DNA from: Actinomycetes bacterium
Lineage (GTDB): Bacteria > Actinomycetota > Acidimicrobiia > Acidimicrobiales > SZUA-35
Direction: 5' to 3'
Assembly (NCBI GenBank): GCA_024276425.1
Contig: JAJRXF010000102.1
Span: 20,536-84,535 of the forward strand
DNA length: 64,000 nt
Below, in pieces: positions 17,903 through 26,322 of the stretch; within the stretch, counting starts at the first letter, position 1, and each line of letters begins with the position of its first letter. The notes under the pieces were generated by a model, which made no database searches, had not been told where the DNA came from, and saw only the letters and a list, made by a program, of their open reading frames with translations. The translations under genes were made by a program, and so were the position numbers.

Positions 17903-18667
17903 TCAGGACCACTCGGCCCGCATGGCCATAACCTGGCCCAGAAGCTCAGGCGTTGCCGCCGCTACTGGTGCGCGCCGGGCCGTGTGAGAAAGCACGACGG
18001 CCTCCTTCCCACCACCCTCTGCTACCGCCGCCCCCGCCTCCTGGCAAACCAACCACGCCCCAAGATAGTCCCAAACCCCATGAGCGGAATCGACATCAAC
18101 GAACGCATCGAAGGCACCCGTAGCCACCGCGCACATGTCCAACGCACAGGCCCCAAAGGTTCGGTACTGACTCCAGCCGCCATGGCTGGGAGGCAGACCC
18201 GAAAATGACACAAGCGCGTTGGCCAAGGTGGTTTCACCCGAGGGCTGAGCCCAGCGCCCGACAAGAGTTGGGCCATCAACCTCTAACCCCTCGTCCCGGA
18301 TGGCCCGATAACGGTCACCCAAGGCCAGGTTGGAAACAAGAGACACCAGTGGACCGTCAACGTCTACCGCACAAAGGCTGGTGGCATACCAGGGCAATCC
18401 CTGCGACGCATTCGTCGATCCATCGACGGGATCGACCACGACAGTGATGCTCCCCTTCCCGATGATGCCCGACTCCTCACTGAGCACCCGAAACCCGGCG
18501 TCAAGCAATGGTTGCAGGAGCAACTCGTCGGCGACGACGTCATGGACGTACTGCCCATCTCGCTCCCCCGACAAGCCCCATCCTCTTTGTTGGTTCAACC
18601 GCAGGCGGAGTTCGGACTCTAGTCTCTCGAAGAGATCGAGGATGACGGTGGGGTCTTTCGTCGACAT
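17903..18667 (-). CDS. Inositol monophosphatase family protein (IMPase/SuhB/HisN-like)
   Basis: Motifs VVDPVDGSTNASQG and WDYLGAWLVCQEAG. Confidence 0.85.
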   Translation of the reverse strand: MSTKDPTVILDLFERLESELRLRLNQQRGWGLSGERDGQYVHDVVADELLLQPLLDAGFRVLSEESGIIGKGSITVVVDPVDGSTNASQGLPWYATSLCAVDVDGPLVSLVSNLALGDRYRAIRDEGLEVDGPTLVGRWAQPSGETTLANALVSFSGLPPSHGGWSQYRTFGACALDMCAVATGAFDAFVDVDSAHGVWDYLGAWLVCQEAGAAVAEGGGKEAVVLSHTARRAPVAAATPELLGQVMAMRAEWS

Positions 18668-18782
18668 TGCCCAGGACGCTAGCAGCCGGTGTAGTACCAG
18701 CCCAGCAAGATCTCGGTCACAGAAGTGTTCAAAACGGTTGTCAAGGTGGCAGGCTATTGACCGTTGAGAGGAGGGCCGGTCA

Positions 18783-19352
18783 ATGGCACTGGTTGATATC
18801 CCCGGGTTTGTAGCCGAGTTGAAGGACCACGCATCGGATCATGGCTTCCATGTTCATGACGAACGGCACTTCGTGGAGACTTACTCGATGCGCCAGGCTT
18901 GGGAAATCGACCTACACCCGGAGCGGGCCTGCGGCGGCCCCCTCGACCTCCATCTCGCCATCGAGCTCGACCCGCGTACCCTCCTAACCTTTGAGGATCG
19001 AATGCTCGAAATGCCCGAGGACGCCGAACCTCCGGAGGGCTACGTCTTCCCCCTCATGTTCACCTGGGCCATGCCACCGCTCAGCCACGCGCCAGATCTG
19101 CTTCTCCTTGCCACCGATCTAGCAGGAATCGGGGGGCCGGACCTACCTTTGAGTGTGTCTGCCATCGACTCGACTGCTCAGGTAACCGACGCACCCGAAC
19201 GGACACTGACCATCTCAACCCGCCTCGAACTTTCCTTGGCCGACCTGTTCATGCATCGAGAGAATCTCTGCGACACATTCGACCGCGCCCACGCAGTGAG
19301 TGAGTTCCTTCTCGATCACTCCCCAGCATGGCTGGACGAAGGATTGGCGTGA
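18783..19352 (+). CDS. Hypothetical protein
   Basis: 189-aa ORF with non-repetitive composition. Its TGA overlaps the GTG of the next gene (GTGA). Confidence 0.55.
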   Translation: MALVDIPGFVAELKDHASDHGFHVHDERHFVETYSMRQAWEIDLHPERACGGPLDLHLAIELDPRTLLTFEDRMLEMPEDAEPPEGYVFPLMFTWAMPPLSHAPDLLLLATDLAGIGGPDLPLSVSAIDSTAQVTDAPERTLTISTRLELSLADLFMHRENLCDTFDRAHAVSEFLLDHSPAWLDEGLA

Positions 19353-20911
19353 ACGCCAACCTTTACCGATTCTCCTTCGATCGGTTCTCCGACAACCTCG
19401 ACCAGGTCTTCCTAACTGAACCGGCCCACGGCCAGGTAGCGACACAGAGCCACTCCTATTGTCAAGTGGACCAACGAAGTGCCGTCCTGGCGGGAGGGCT
19501 AGTCTCCCTTGGAGCCAAGATTGGGGATCGGATTGTCGTCCAGGTCGACAAATCTGTCGACGCAATAGCCCTGTACTTCGCCTGCTTACGAACTGGCCTG
19601 GTCTATGTCCCACTCAATACCGCCTACACCCCCAACGAGGTCCGCTTCTTTCTCCGCGATGCCGGAGCGACAGTCTTTGTTTACGCCCCCGACCGGATCG
19701 ATGATATGGCCAAGGCCATGGTTGAACTCCCAAACCTGATCACCGTCTCGCTCGGATGCTGCGGAGATGGCTCATTGCCCGAGGCAGCCCGCAGTACCGA
19801 GCCTCACAACGACATTGTCGATCGAGCCGACACGGACCTCGCTGCCATGCTTTACACCTCGGGAACGACTGGCCGTTCCAAGGGGGCGATGCTCACCCAT
19901 CGGGGACTACGGGAGAACGCTCTTGCCCTACACCGGGTGTGGGCCTTCGAGCCGGGTGATGTTCTTCTTCACACCCTTCCTATCTTCCACGTTCATGGCC
20001 TCTTCGTCGCCCTCCATTGTGCCATCCTCAACCGGTCCGAAGTAATTTTCTGCCCACGATTTGGGGTCGACGAAGTTCTTCAACAGCTACCGCAAGCGTC
20101 CGTGCTCATGGGAGTTCCCACCCAGTACGTCCGGCTACTGGCCGACTCTCGATTCAACCGTGGGCTTTGCCGCCATATGCGCTTGTTCACCTCTGGGTCT
20201 GCCCCCATGACCGAGGGCGTGTTCAACTCATTTGCCCACCAGACTGGGCATCGCATCTGTGAACGCTACGGGATGACCGAATGCGGAATCATCACCTCTA
20301 ACCCCTATGAGGGCGAACGCGTCGCGGGGACCGTTGGCTACGCGCTGCCCGGCTATGAGCTACGAGTCATGACCGAGACCGGGCCCGCGGCCCCGGGCGA
20401 AGTTGGTGTTGTGGAGGTCCGAGGCCCTCATCTGTTCTCGGGATACTGGCAACTACCAGACAAGACAGCCCAAGAATTGACCGACGACGGTTTCTTCCGT
20501 ACTGGCGATGTCGGACAACTTGACCACACCGGCAGGCTGACCTTGGCCGGTCGCTCCGGGGACATGATTATCTCTGGCGGACTCAACGTGTACCCCAAAG
20601 AAATTGAGGCAGTTCTTGACCAAATCGAGGGTGTGGCCGAGTCGGCCGTCGTTGGGCTACCCCACCCCGACTTCGGTGAGGCAGTGACCGCCTTCATTGT
20701 CCTGTCCAATAACCCGGCAACTGGTGTCGTTGACGCCCAAAAGAACCCAAACTTTTCTGCCGAATGTGAAGGATTTTTGGCCCGATTCAAACAACCGAAA
20801 CAGTACATAGTGCTCGAAAAGCTTCCCCGCAACACCATGGGCAAGGTGCAAAAGGCGGCTATACGGGCTGCCTATGACGACCTCTACACGTCCAGTCCAG
20901 ACCTCAGCTAG
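19349..20911 (+). CDS. AMP-dependent acyl-CoA synthetase/ligase (malonyl-CoA synthetase MatB-like)
   Basis: AMP-binding motifs MLYTSGTTGRSKGAMLTH, YGMTE and FRTGDVG. The N-terminus VNANLYRF resembles MatB MNANLF. GTG 19349 has GAAGGA upstream and a GTGA overlap. The track ORF starts at 19328. Confidence 0.85.
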   Translation: MNANLYRFSFDRFSDNLDQVFLTEPAHGQVATQSHSYCQVDQRSAVLAGGLVSLGAKIGDRIVVQVDKSVDAIALYFACLRTGLVYVPLNTAYTPNEVRFFLRDAGATVFVYAPDRIDDMAKAMVELPNLITVSLGCCGDGSLPEAARSTEPHNDIVDRADTDLAAMLYTSGTTGRSKGAMLTHRGLRENALALHRVWAFEPGDVLLHTLPIFHVHGLFVALHCAILNRSEVIFCPRFGVDEVLQQLPQASVLMGVPTQYVRLLADSRFNRGLCRHMRLFTSGSAPMTEGVFNSFAHQTGHRICERYGMTECGIITSNPYEGERVAGTVGYALPGYELRVMTETGPAAPGEVGVVEVRGPHLFSGYWQLPDKTAQELTDDGFFRTGDVGQLDHTGRLTLAGRSGDMIISGGLNVYPKEIEAVLDQIEGVAESAVVGLPHPDFGEAVTAFIVLSNNPATGVVDAQKNPNFSAECEGFLARFKQPKQYIVLEKLPRNTMGKVQKAAIRAAYDDLYTSSPDLS

Positions 20912-20988
20912 CCGCTAAATCACTGGGAATCGGCGGGCCGAGAGCCGGATCGGAGACCCGACCACAACTCTCGAAACCCACCTTTGAC

Positions 20989-21008
20989 GGCGGCAAACCT
21001 TTGCTGCC
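20989..21008. terminator. Candidate bidirectional hairpin between the convergent acyl-CoA synthetase and ACAD genes
   Basis: GGCGGCAAA-CC-TTTGCTGCC (8-9 bp including one G-U). No clear U tract. Confidence 0.3.
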
Positions 21009-21018
21009 ATCCCCAATA

Positions 21019-22329
21019 CTAGTTCCGCCCGACGTCGGTGTGGTCTTCAACCCCATAGACGTCCGCTGGTTGATAGCGGGCAATCTCGGCCCGACCAACA
21101 ACCATGAAATGCACTTCATCTGGTCCATCGGCCAAGCGAAGGGTACGTTGCTGGGTGTACATCTCGGCTAGCGGAGTCCACTGAGAGATGCCAGTAGCGC
21201 CATGCATCTGGATGGCCTGATCGATGATGTCACAGCAGCGCTCGGGCACCATGGCCTTGACTGCGCTGACCCACACCCGTGCTTCGGCGTTACCCATCAA
21301 GTCCATGGCTTTGGCTGCCTTCAGCACCATCATTCGCATCGCCTCAATCTCAATACGAGCCCGGGCAATTATCTCGGTGTTGCCGCCGAGCTTGACCAAT
21401 GGGCGGCCAAATGCTTCCCGGGAGAGACCACGTTCGACCATGAGTTGTAGAGCCTTCTCAGCCGAGCCGATCGATCGCATGCAGTGGTGGATTCGACCGG
21501 GACCGAGTCGAAGTTGGGAGATCTCGAATCCACGACCTTCACCAAGCAGCATGTTCTCTTTCGGGACCCGAACCTCGCTGAAGCGAATATGCATGTGTCC
21601 GTGCGGAGCATCGTCTCGGCCAAAGACCTCCATACCTTCCAGAATCTCAACCCCAGGGGTGTCCATGGGGACCAGAATCTGAGATTGCTGCAAATGAGGG
21701 GCGGCATCGGGGTTGGTGCGGACCATCACAATCATAATCTTGCAGCGAGGGTCACCCGCCCCTGAGATGTAGTACTTCTCCCCGTTAAGCACCCACTCTT
21801 CACCATCAAGGACAGCCGTCATCTGTACGTTCTTGGCGTCGGAAGAGGCTACTGCGGGCTCAGTCATAGCGAACGCGGAACGAATTTCACCTGCCAGCAA
21901 CGGCTTGAGCCATTGCTCTTTTTGCTCCGGGGTGCCAACCCGTTCCAGCACCTCCATGTTGCCGGTGTCTGGTGCCGAGCAGTTAAGACACTCCGATGCT
22001 AGGCGAACCTTGCCTAGTTCGGTGGCAATGTAGGCGTAGTCCAGGTTGCTAAGCCCCTCTCCTGTCTCCGCGTCTGGCAGAAAGAAGTTCCAGAGCCCGG
22101 CGGCCTTAGCCTTGTCCTTGACCACTTGCAATAGTTCCAACTGGCCCTCCGCGTAGCTCCATCGATTGGGAGCATTGCTGTCGAGCTTGTGAAACTCGAT
22201 CGCCATTGGCTCAACCTCTTCAGCAATGAATTTCTTGACCGCTTCGAACAAGGGCCTCGCCTTTTCCGACATGCCAAGGTTGTAGAGTTCACCGTCGAAG
22301 TCATCGGTATTTAGTGGGTTAACAGGCAT
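21019..22329 (-). CDS. Acyl-CoA dehydrogenase (ACAD10/11-like FadE)
   Basis: Full ACAD fold. ATG 22329 is preceded by GGAG (5-nt spacer). The product starts MPVNPLNTDDFDGELYNLGMSEKARPLFEAV. The 114-codon upstream extension in the track ORF runs through an intergenic repeat and is rejected. Confidence 0.88.
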   Translation of the reverse strand: MPVNPLNTDDFDGELYNLGMSEKARPLFEAVKKFIAEEVEPMAIEFHKLDSNAPNRWSYAEGQLELLQVVKDKAKAAGLWNFFLPDAETGEGLSNLDYAYIATELGKVRLASECLNCSAPDTGNMEVLERVGTPEQKEQWLKPLLAGEIRSAFAMTEPAVASSDAKNVQMTAVLDGEEWVLNGEKYYISGAGDPRCKIMIVMVRTNPDAAPHLQQSQILVPMDTPGVEILEGMEVFGRDDAPHGHMHIRFSEVRVPKENMLLGEGRGFEISQLRLGPGRIHHCMRSIGSAEKALQLMVERGLSREAFGRPLVKLGGNTEIIARARIEIEAMRMMVLKAAKAMDLMGNAEARVWVSAVKAMVPERCCDIIDQAIQMHGATGISQWTPLAEMYTQQRTLRLADGPDEVHFMVVGRAEIARYQPADVYGVEDHTDVGRN

Positions 22330-22477
22330 TGGTTCTCCGTGGTTCGCGATCACCAACGATCTTGGCACCCATAGCTCACAGAATCGAACTGAGATCCGAT
22401 CTTTCGGCCGCTCCGGGGTTGCTCTCACCGCCCCTGGAGTGCTCCCTTTGTCGCTCTTGCCCACCCCCAGGGCCTTC

Positions 22478-22521
22478 GTTGTCGCGTTTGCGACCCAGTT
22501 AGGGGTCGCAAACGCGACAAC
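22478..22521. repeat. Perfect 19-bp inverted repeat with a 6-nt loop (GTTGTCGCGTTTGCGACCC agttag GGGTCGCAAACGCGACAAC)
   Basis: Read directly from the sequence. Lies in the divergent spacer between the ACAD and the molybdopterin oxidoreductase. Confidence 0.9.
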
Positions 22522-22530
22522 GAGCCGAAA

Positions 22531-22610
22531 GAACCTGATCCAGAGGTACCGGAAGAACCTGACCCAGAGGTACCGGAAGAACCTGATCCAGAGGTACCGG
22601 AAGAACCTGA
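22531..22610. repeat. 24-nt x3.3 tandem direct repeat (GAACCTGATCCAGAGGTACCGGAA)
   Basis: Units at 22531, 22555 and 22579 plus a partial unit at 22603. Copy 2 has a single T>C difference. Confidence 0.9.
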
Positions 22611-22671
22611 GCAGAATGGAAAGGCCAAGCCGATTCCTGGCAGTATGCGGGGATGATCCTGAGGGGGACAA

Positions 22672-25017
22672 ATGCCTGATCCCATATCTGAACCTGCGTT
22701 AGAGCATGACCCAGAGCCCAACCCGGAGCCCGGCACGAGCCAACGCACCGTCTTTCGAACTTGCCCCCTGTGTGAGGCCACCTGTGGCCTTGAGATTTCG
22801 GTGAAGGGTAACGAGGTCACCCGTATTCGTGGGGATCAAGAAGATGTGCTGTCGCGTGGCTTCATTTGTCCCAAAGGGTCAGCTCTACGACATCTTCATG
22901 CCGACCCCGATCGCCTTCGCCGCCCGATGGTCAAGCGAACAATGGACGACGGAACCAGCCAGTTCGTGGAAACAACATGGGAGGAGGCATTTGCCACCAT
23001 CGAGGCCGGCCTGCTTCCAATCTTGGCTGAGCACGGCAGGGACTCCGTCGGTATTTACCTGGGAAATCCGACCGTTCATAGCCTCGGAGCCGTGCTTCAC
23101 ACCGGAAGCCTGATCAGGGCTCTCGGTTCGCAGAACCGCTTCAGTGCATCCACCGTTGACCAGCGGCCAAAGGAAATCTCAAGTGCCGCCTTGTTCGGTT
23201 CGGTCGCCATTGCGGTACCAGATCTGAATCGCACCGACTACATCGTTCTGCTGGGCGCGAATCCCTACGCTTCGAATGGATCGCTATGTACGGCCCCGGG
23301 GTTTCCTGACAAGCTCGAGGCCATCCAAGCTCGCGGGGGCAAAGTTGTGGTTGTTGACCCTCGACTCAGTGAAACCGCTAGACGATGCGACCAACACATC
23401 GCCATCCGCCCCGGAACCGACACGCACCTACTGGCCGCCATCGCCCACACCATGCTGGTCGAAGATCTGGCCGACCCCTCCAACGTGGCCGATCATTGCG
23501 ACGGACTAGAGGGACTGACCGAGCTTTTGTCCCCCTATACGCCCGAAACGGTGGCCGACATCTGTGGCGTCGATGCCGAGGCCATACGGACCTTGAGTCG
23601 AGAACTGGCGGCCGCCCCGAGCGCGGCGGTCTATGGGCGTATGGGGACAAGCACCCAAGAGTTCGGCACGCTGGCCTCCTGGCTGGTCGACATCGTGAAT
23701 ACTCTGTCCGGCAACCTCGACAGAGTTGGCGGAGTCATGTTCCCGAAGGGAGCTCTTGGTCAGCCATCAACCAAAGGCGAGCCCGGCTCGGGGCGCGGCT
23801 TTCGCATGGGACGCCGAACGTCTCGGGTTTCCAAACTCCCCGAGTCGCTGGGCGAATTTCCCGTCACTGCGTTGCCTGAGGAAATCGAGACGGCAGGCGA
23901 AGGCCAGATCCGGGCCATGATCACTGTTGCAGGCAACCCGGTCTCTTCGAACCCGAATGCCAACCGACTCGACGCGGCCCTGGCGTCGTTGGAATTCATG
24001 GTTTGTGTCGATCCATACATCAACGAAACAACCCGCCATGCCAACGTCATTCTGCCTCCCCCGTCCCCGCTCCAGAAATCCCACTACGACGTCGCCCTGC
24101 TCAACCTGGCCATTCACAATGTGGCCAACTATTCACCTCCGGTTCTGGGACTTGACGGACAGATCGATGAATGGGAGATCATGCTTTCCCTCAGCGCTCT
24201 AGTCATGGGAACCAGCGCGAGCGATCTGGCAAATGCCGTACCGGAGGCTGATGAGTTCGTAGCTCGGACTATTCTTTCCAGCGCGGTACAGGACAAGTTT
24301 GGGCGAGTGTTTGAGCGCAACGTAGACAGCCTGATGGCCGACTTGGATGACATCTGTGGGCCGGAACGCTTGTTGGACATCATGCTGCGGACCGGCCCCT
24401 ACGGAGACGGATTCGGGACCAACCCCGGCGGTCTCACCCTCCAACATTTGATTGACAACCCCCACGGCGTCGACCTTGGGCCGTTGGAACCCAACCGCAT
24501 TCCCGATCTACTCAGAACCCAGTCGGGCAAGATCGACATCATTCCCGATTTGATGTTGGGCGATCTCGACCGACTTAGCAAGTCTCTTGGCCGTGACTGG
24601 AACGAATCGATGGTCCTCGTTGGACGCCGTCATGTCCGCTCGAACAACTCCTGGATGCACAACCTCGCGATCCTGACCAAGGGCAGGAACCGGTGCACGT
24701 TGCAGATCCACCCCGAGGATGCCGAGCGTCTGGGTGTTGTTCACGGAGAGCCAACCTCGGTGGAGTCGCGAGCCGGCAAGGTACTGGTCGATGCCGAGGT
24801 CACCGAGGGCATACGACCCGGCGTGGTCAGCATCCCTCATGGTTTTGGACAAAACATGGCTGGGGTCAAAATGCGAGTGGCAACCGAGTACCGAGGGGTC
24901 AACACCAACATTTTGACTGACGAGTACTTCCGAGACGCCATCAGCGGAACCATCGCTCTCAATGGTGTACCCGTCACCATCACCAGCCAAACTGCGTCAG
25001 CAATCAAAACAAACTGA
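22672..25017 (+). CDS. Molybdopterin-dependent oxidoreductase (MopB superfamily, N-terminal 4Fe-4S domain)
   Basis: N-terminal cluster CPLCEATCGLEISV...ICPKG. 781 aa in MopB domain order. Has an acidic Pro-rich 25-aa N-terminal extension. Confidence 0.9.
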   Translation: MPDPISEPALEHDPEPNPEPGTSQRTVFRTCPLCEATCGLEISVKGNEVTRIRGDQEDVLSRGFICPKGSALRHLHADPDRLRRPMVKRTMDDGTSQFVETTWEEAFATIEAGLLPILAEHGRDSVGIYLGNPTVHSLGAVLHTGSLIRALGSQNRFSASTVDQRPKEISSAALFGSVAIAVPDLNRTDYIVLLGANPYASNGSLCTAPGFPDKLEAIQARGGKVVVVDPRLSETARRCDQHIAIRPGTDTHLLAAIAHTMLVEDLADPSNVADHCDGLEGLTELLSPYTPETVADICGVDAEAIRTLSRELAAAPSAAVYGRMGTSTQEFGTLASWLVDIVNTLSGNLDRVGGVMFPKGALGQPSTKGEPGSGRGFRMGRRTSRVSKLPESLGEFPVTALPEEIETAGEGQIRAMITVAGNPVSSNPNANRLDAALASLEFMVCVDPYINETTRHANVILPPPSPLQKSHYDVALLNLAIHNVANYSPPVLGLDGQIDEWEIMLSLSALVMGTSASDLANAVPEADEFVARTILSSAVQDKFGRVFERNVDSLMADLDDICGPERLLDIMLRTGPYGDGFGTNPGGLTLQHLIDNPHGVDLGPLEPNRIPDLLRTQSGKIDIIPDLMLGDLDRLSKSLGRDWNESMVLVGRRHVRSNNSWMHNLAILTKGRNRCTLQIHPEDAERLGVVHGEPTSVESRAGKVLVDAEVTEGIRPGVVSIPHGFGQNMAGVKMRVATEYRGVNTNILTDEYFRDAISGTIALNGVPVTITSQTASAIKTN

Positions 25018-25066
25018 CAAACAAACTGACGTACCGACCAACCAGGACAGAGGGAGCTCACCAGCA

Positions 25067-26278
25067 ATGTCTCAGACCATCACCGAAGCCGCTTTCCGTC
25101 AACGCTGCCGCGACTTTCTCGATGCCAACGCCACCGGAACAAACCTTGAGGAGCCAGATCCTCGAGGATCAAAACTTCTGGATGAACACCGCCAGTTTCA
25201 GGCCAAGCTCGCCGAAGCTGGACTCGCCGGTTTGACCTACGACAGGGCCTATGGCGGCGGTGGCTACGACCCAGAGTACGAGAAAATGTGGCGTGAGGAA
25301 TATGCCAAATACCCAGACATGACATCCTCCTTAACCATTAGCCACGGCATGTGCACACCAATGATGAACGAGTATGGCACCGATGAACAAAAGGCCAAGT
25401 ACCTTCCCGACATGATCACGGGCAAAACAGTCTGGTGCCAAATGTTCTCTGAACCTGGTGCTGGATCGGACGTGGCCAGCCTCCAAATGAAGGCCGACCT
25501 CGATGGTGACGAATGGACTCTCAACGGTCAGAAGGTCTGGACAACGCTGGCCCATGTCTCCGAATACGGTCTCGTCATTGCACGCACAGACGTAACCCAA
25601 CCCAAGCACGGTGGAATCTCCATGTTCATTGTCAAGATGGACTCACCCGGTATCGAAATACGGCCGATCACTCAAATCAACGGTGGCACCCACTTCAACG
25701 AGGTGTTCTTCTCCGATCTGCGCCTACCAAAGGACGCCCTTGTCGGCCCGCTCAATGAAGGCTGGCGTCTCGCCACCGCCATGCTCATGTATGAGCGGGT
25801 GGCGATTGGCACCGGCTCCGCCAGCGGCATTAAGACACCGAACTACAACTTCTTAGCCAAGCGGGCAACACAAAACGGACGTAGCAATGACCCGGTGATT
25901 CGCCAACAACTCATGAGACTCTATTCTCAGGAGGCCACCAAGTCTCTGGTATCGATGCAGACTCGAAACGCGCTCGAATCGGGCAAAACTCCCGGGCCCG
26001 GCGGCTCCTTATCGAAGCTACATGGAGCGGTGATCGCCTCAATGACTCGCACTATTATCCCCAGCGTTGCCGGTCCGGTCACCGCTGCTTGGGAACAAGA
26101 CTCCGGAGACGAGGTTTACTCTCACTCAGTTCTGTCTAGTTTCATGGCCAATATTGCTGGCGGAACAGACGAGATTCAGAAAAACATCATTGGCGATCGG
26201 GTTCTCGGGTTGCCCAGAGAGCCCAGCGTCGACAAGGGTGTTCCCTTTCAGGATCTTCGAACCGGAACCCAGGTTTAG
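25067..26278 (+). CDS. Acyl-CoA dehydrogenase
   Basis: ATG 25067 has GAGGGAG upstream. The product starts MSQTITEAAFRQRCRDFLD and has an ACAD middle and C-terminal fold (FSEPGAGSD, GGTDEIQKNIIG). The track start 24962 would overlap the upstream gene. Confidence 0.88.
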   Translation: MSQTITEAAFRQRCRDFLDANATGTNLEEPDPRGSKLLDEHRQFQAKLAEAGLAGLTYDRAYGGGGYDPEYEKMWREEYAKYPDMTSSLTISHGMCTPMMNEYGTDEQKAKYLPDMITGKTVWCQMFSEPGAGSDVASLQMKADLDGDEWTLNGQKVWTTLAHVSEYGLVIARTDVTQPKHGGISMFIVKMDSPGIEIRPITQINGGTHFNEVFFSDLRLPKDALVGPLNEGWRLATAMLMYERVAIGTGSASGIKTPNYNFLAKRATQNGRSNDPVIRQQLMRLYSQEATKSLVSMQTRNALESGKTPGPGGSLSKLHGAVIASMTRTIIPSVAGPVTAAWEQDSGDEVYSHSVLSSFMANIAGGTDEIQKNIIGDRVLGLPREPSVDKGVPFQDLRTGTQV

Positions 26279-26322
26279 CTCTGCCGGGTTCAGATTCCGG
26301 CTCTGCCTGGTTCAATTGGGGC

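Noticed and set aside
22654-22662. TGA TCC TGA just upstream of, and in frame with, the Mo-oxidoreductase ATG, considered as possible Sec or readthrough recoding
   Set aside because: No in-frame ATG/GTG/TTG exists upstream to start such a protein. The position is not a catalytic site, and two stops 3 nt apart argue for genuine termination or non-coding DNA.
22330-22671. 114-codon N-terminal extension of the acyl-CoA dehydrogenase ORF (track ORF 21019..22671) containing FRYLWIRF repeats
   Set aside because: It runs through the intergenic 24-nt repeat and the palindrome and starts at a TTG without an SD. The ACAD homology begins at ATG 22329, which has a GGAG at proper spacing. The extension is a frame left open by the repeat.
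24962-25066. Longer start (ATG 24962) for the second acyl-CoA dehydrogenase, overlapping the Mo-oxidoreductase by 56 nt
   Set aside because: The extra 35 residues (PSPSPAKLRQQSKQTDKQTD...) come from the 3' end and duplicated stop region of the upstream gene. ATG 25067 has a GAGGGAG SD, and ACAD similarity starts there.
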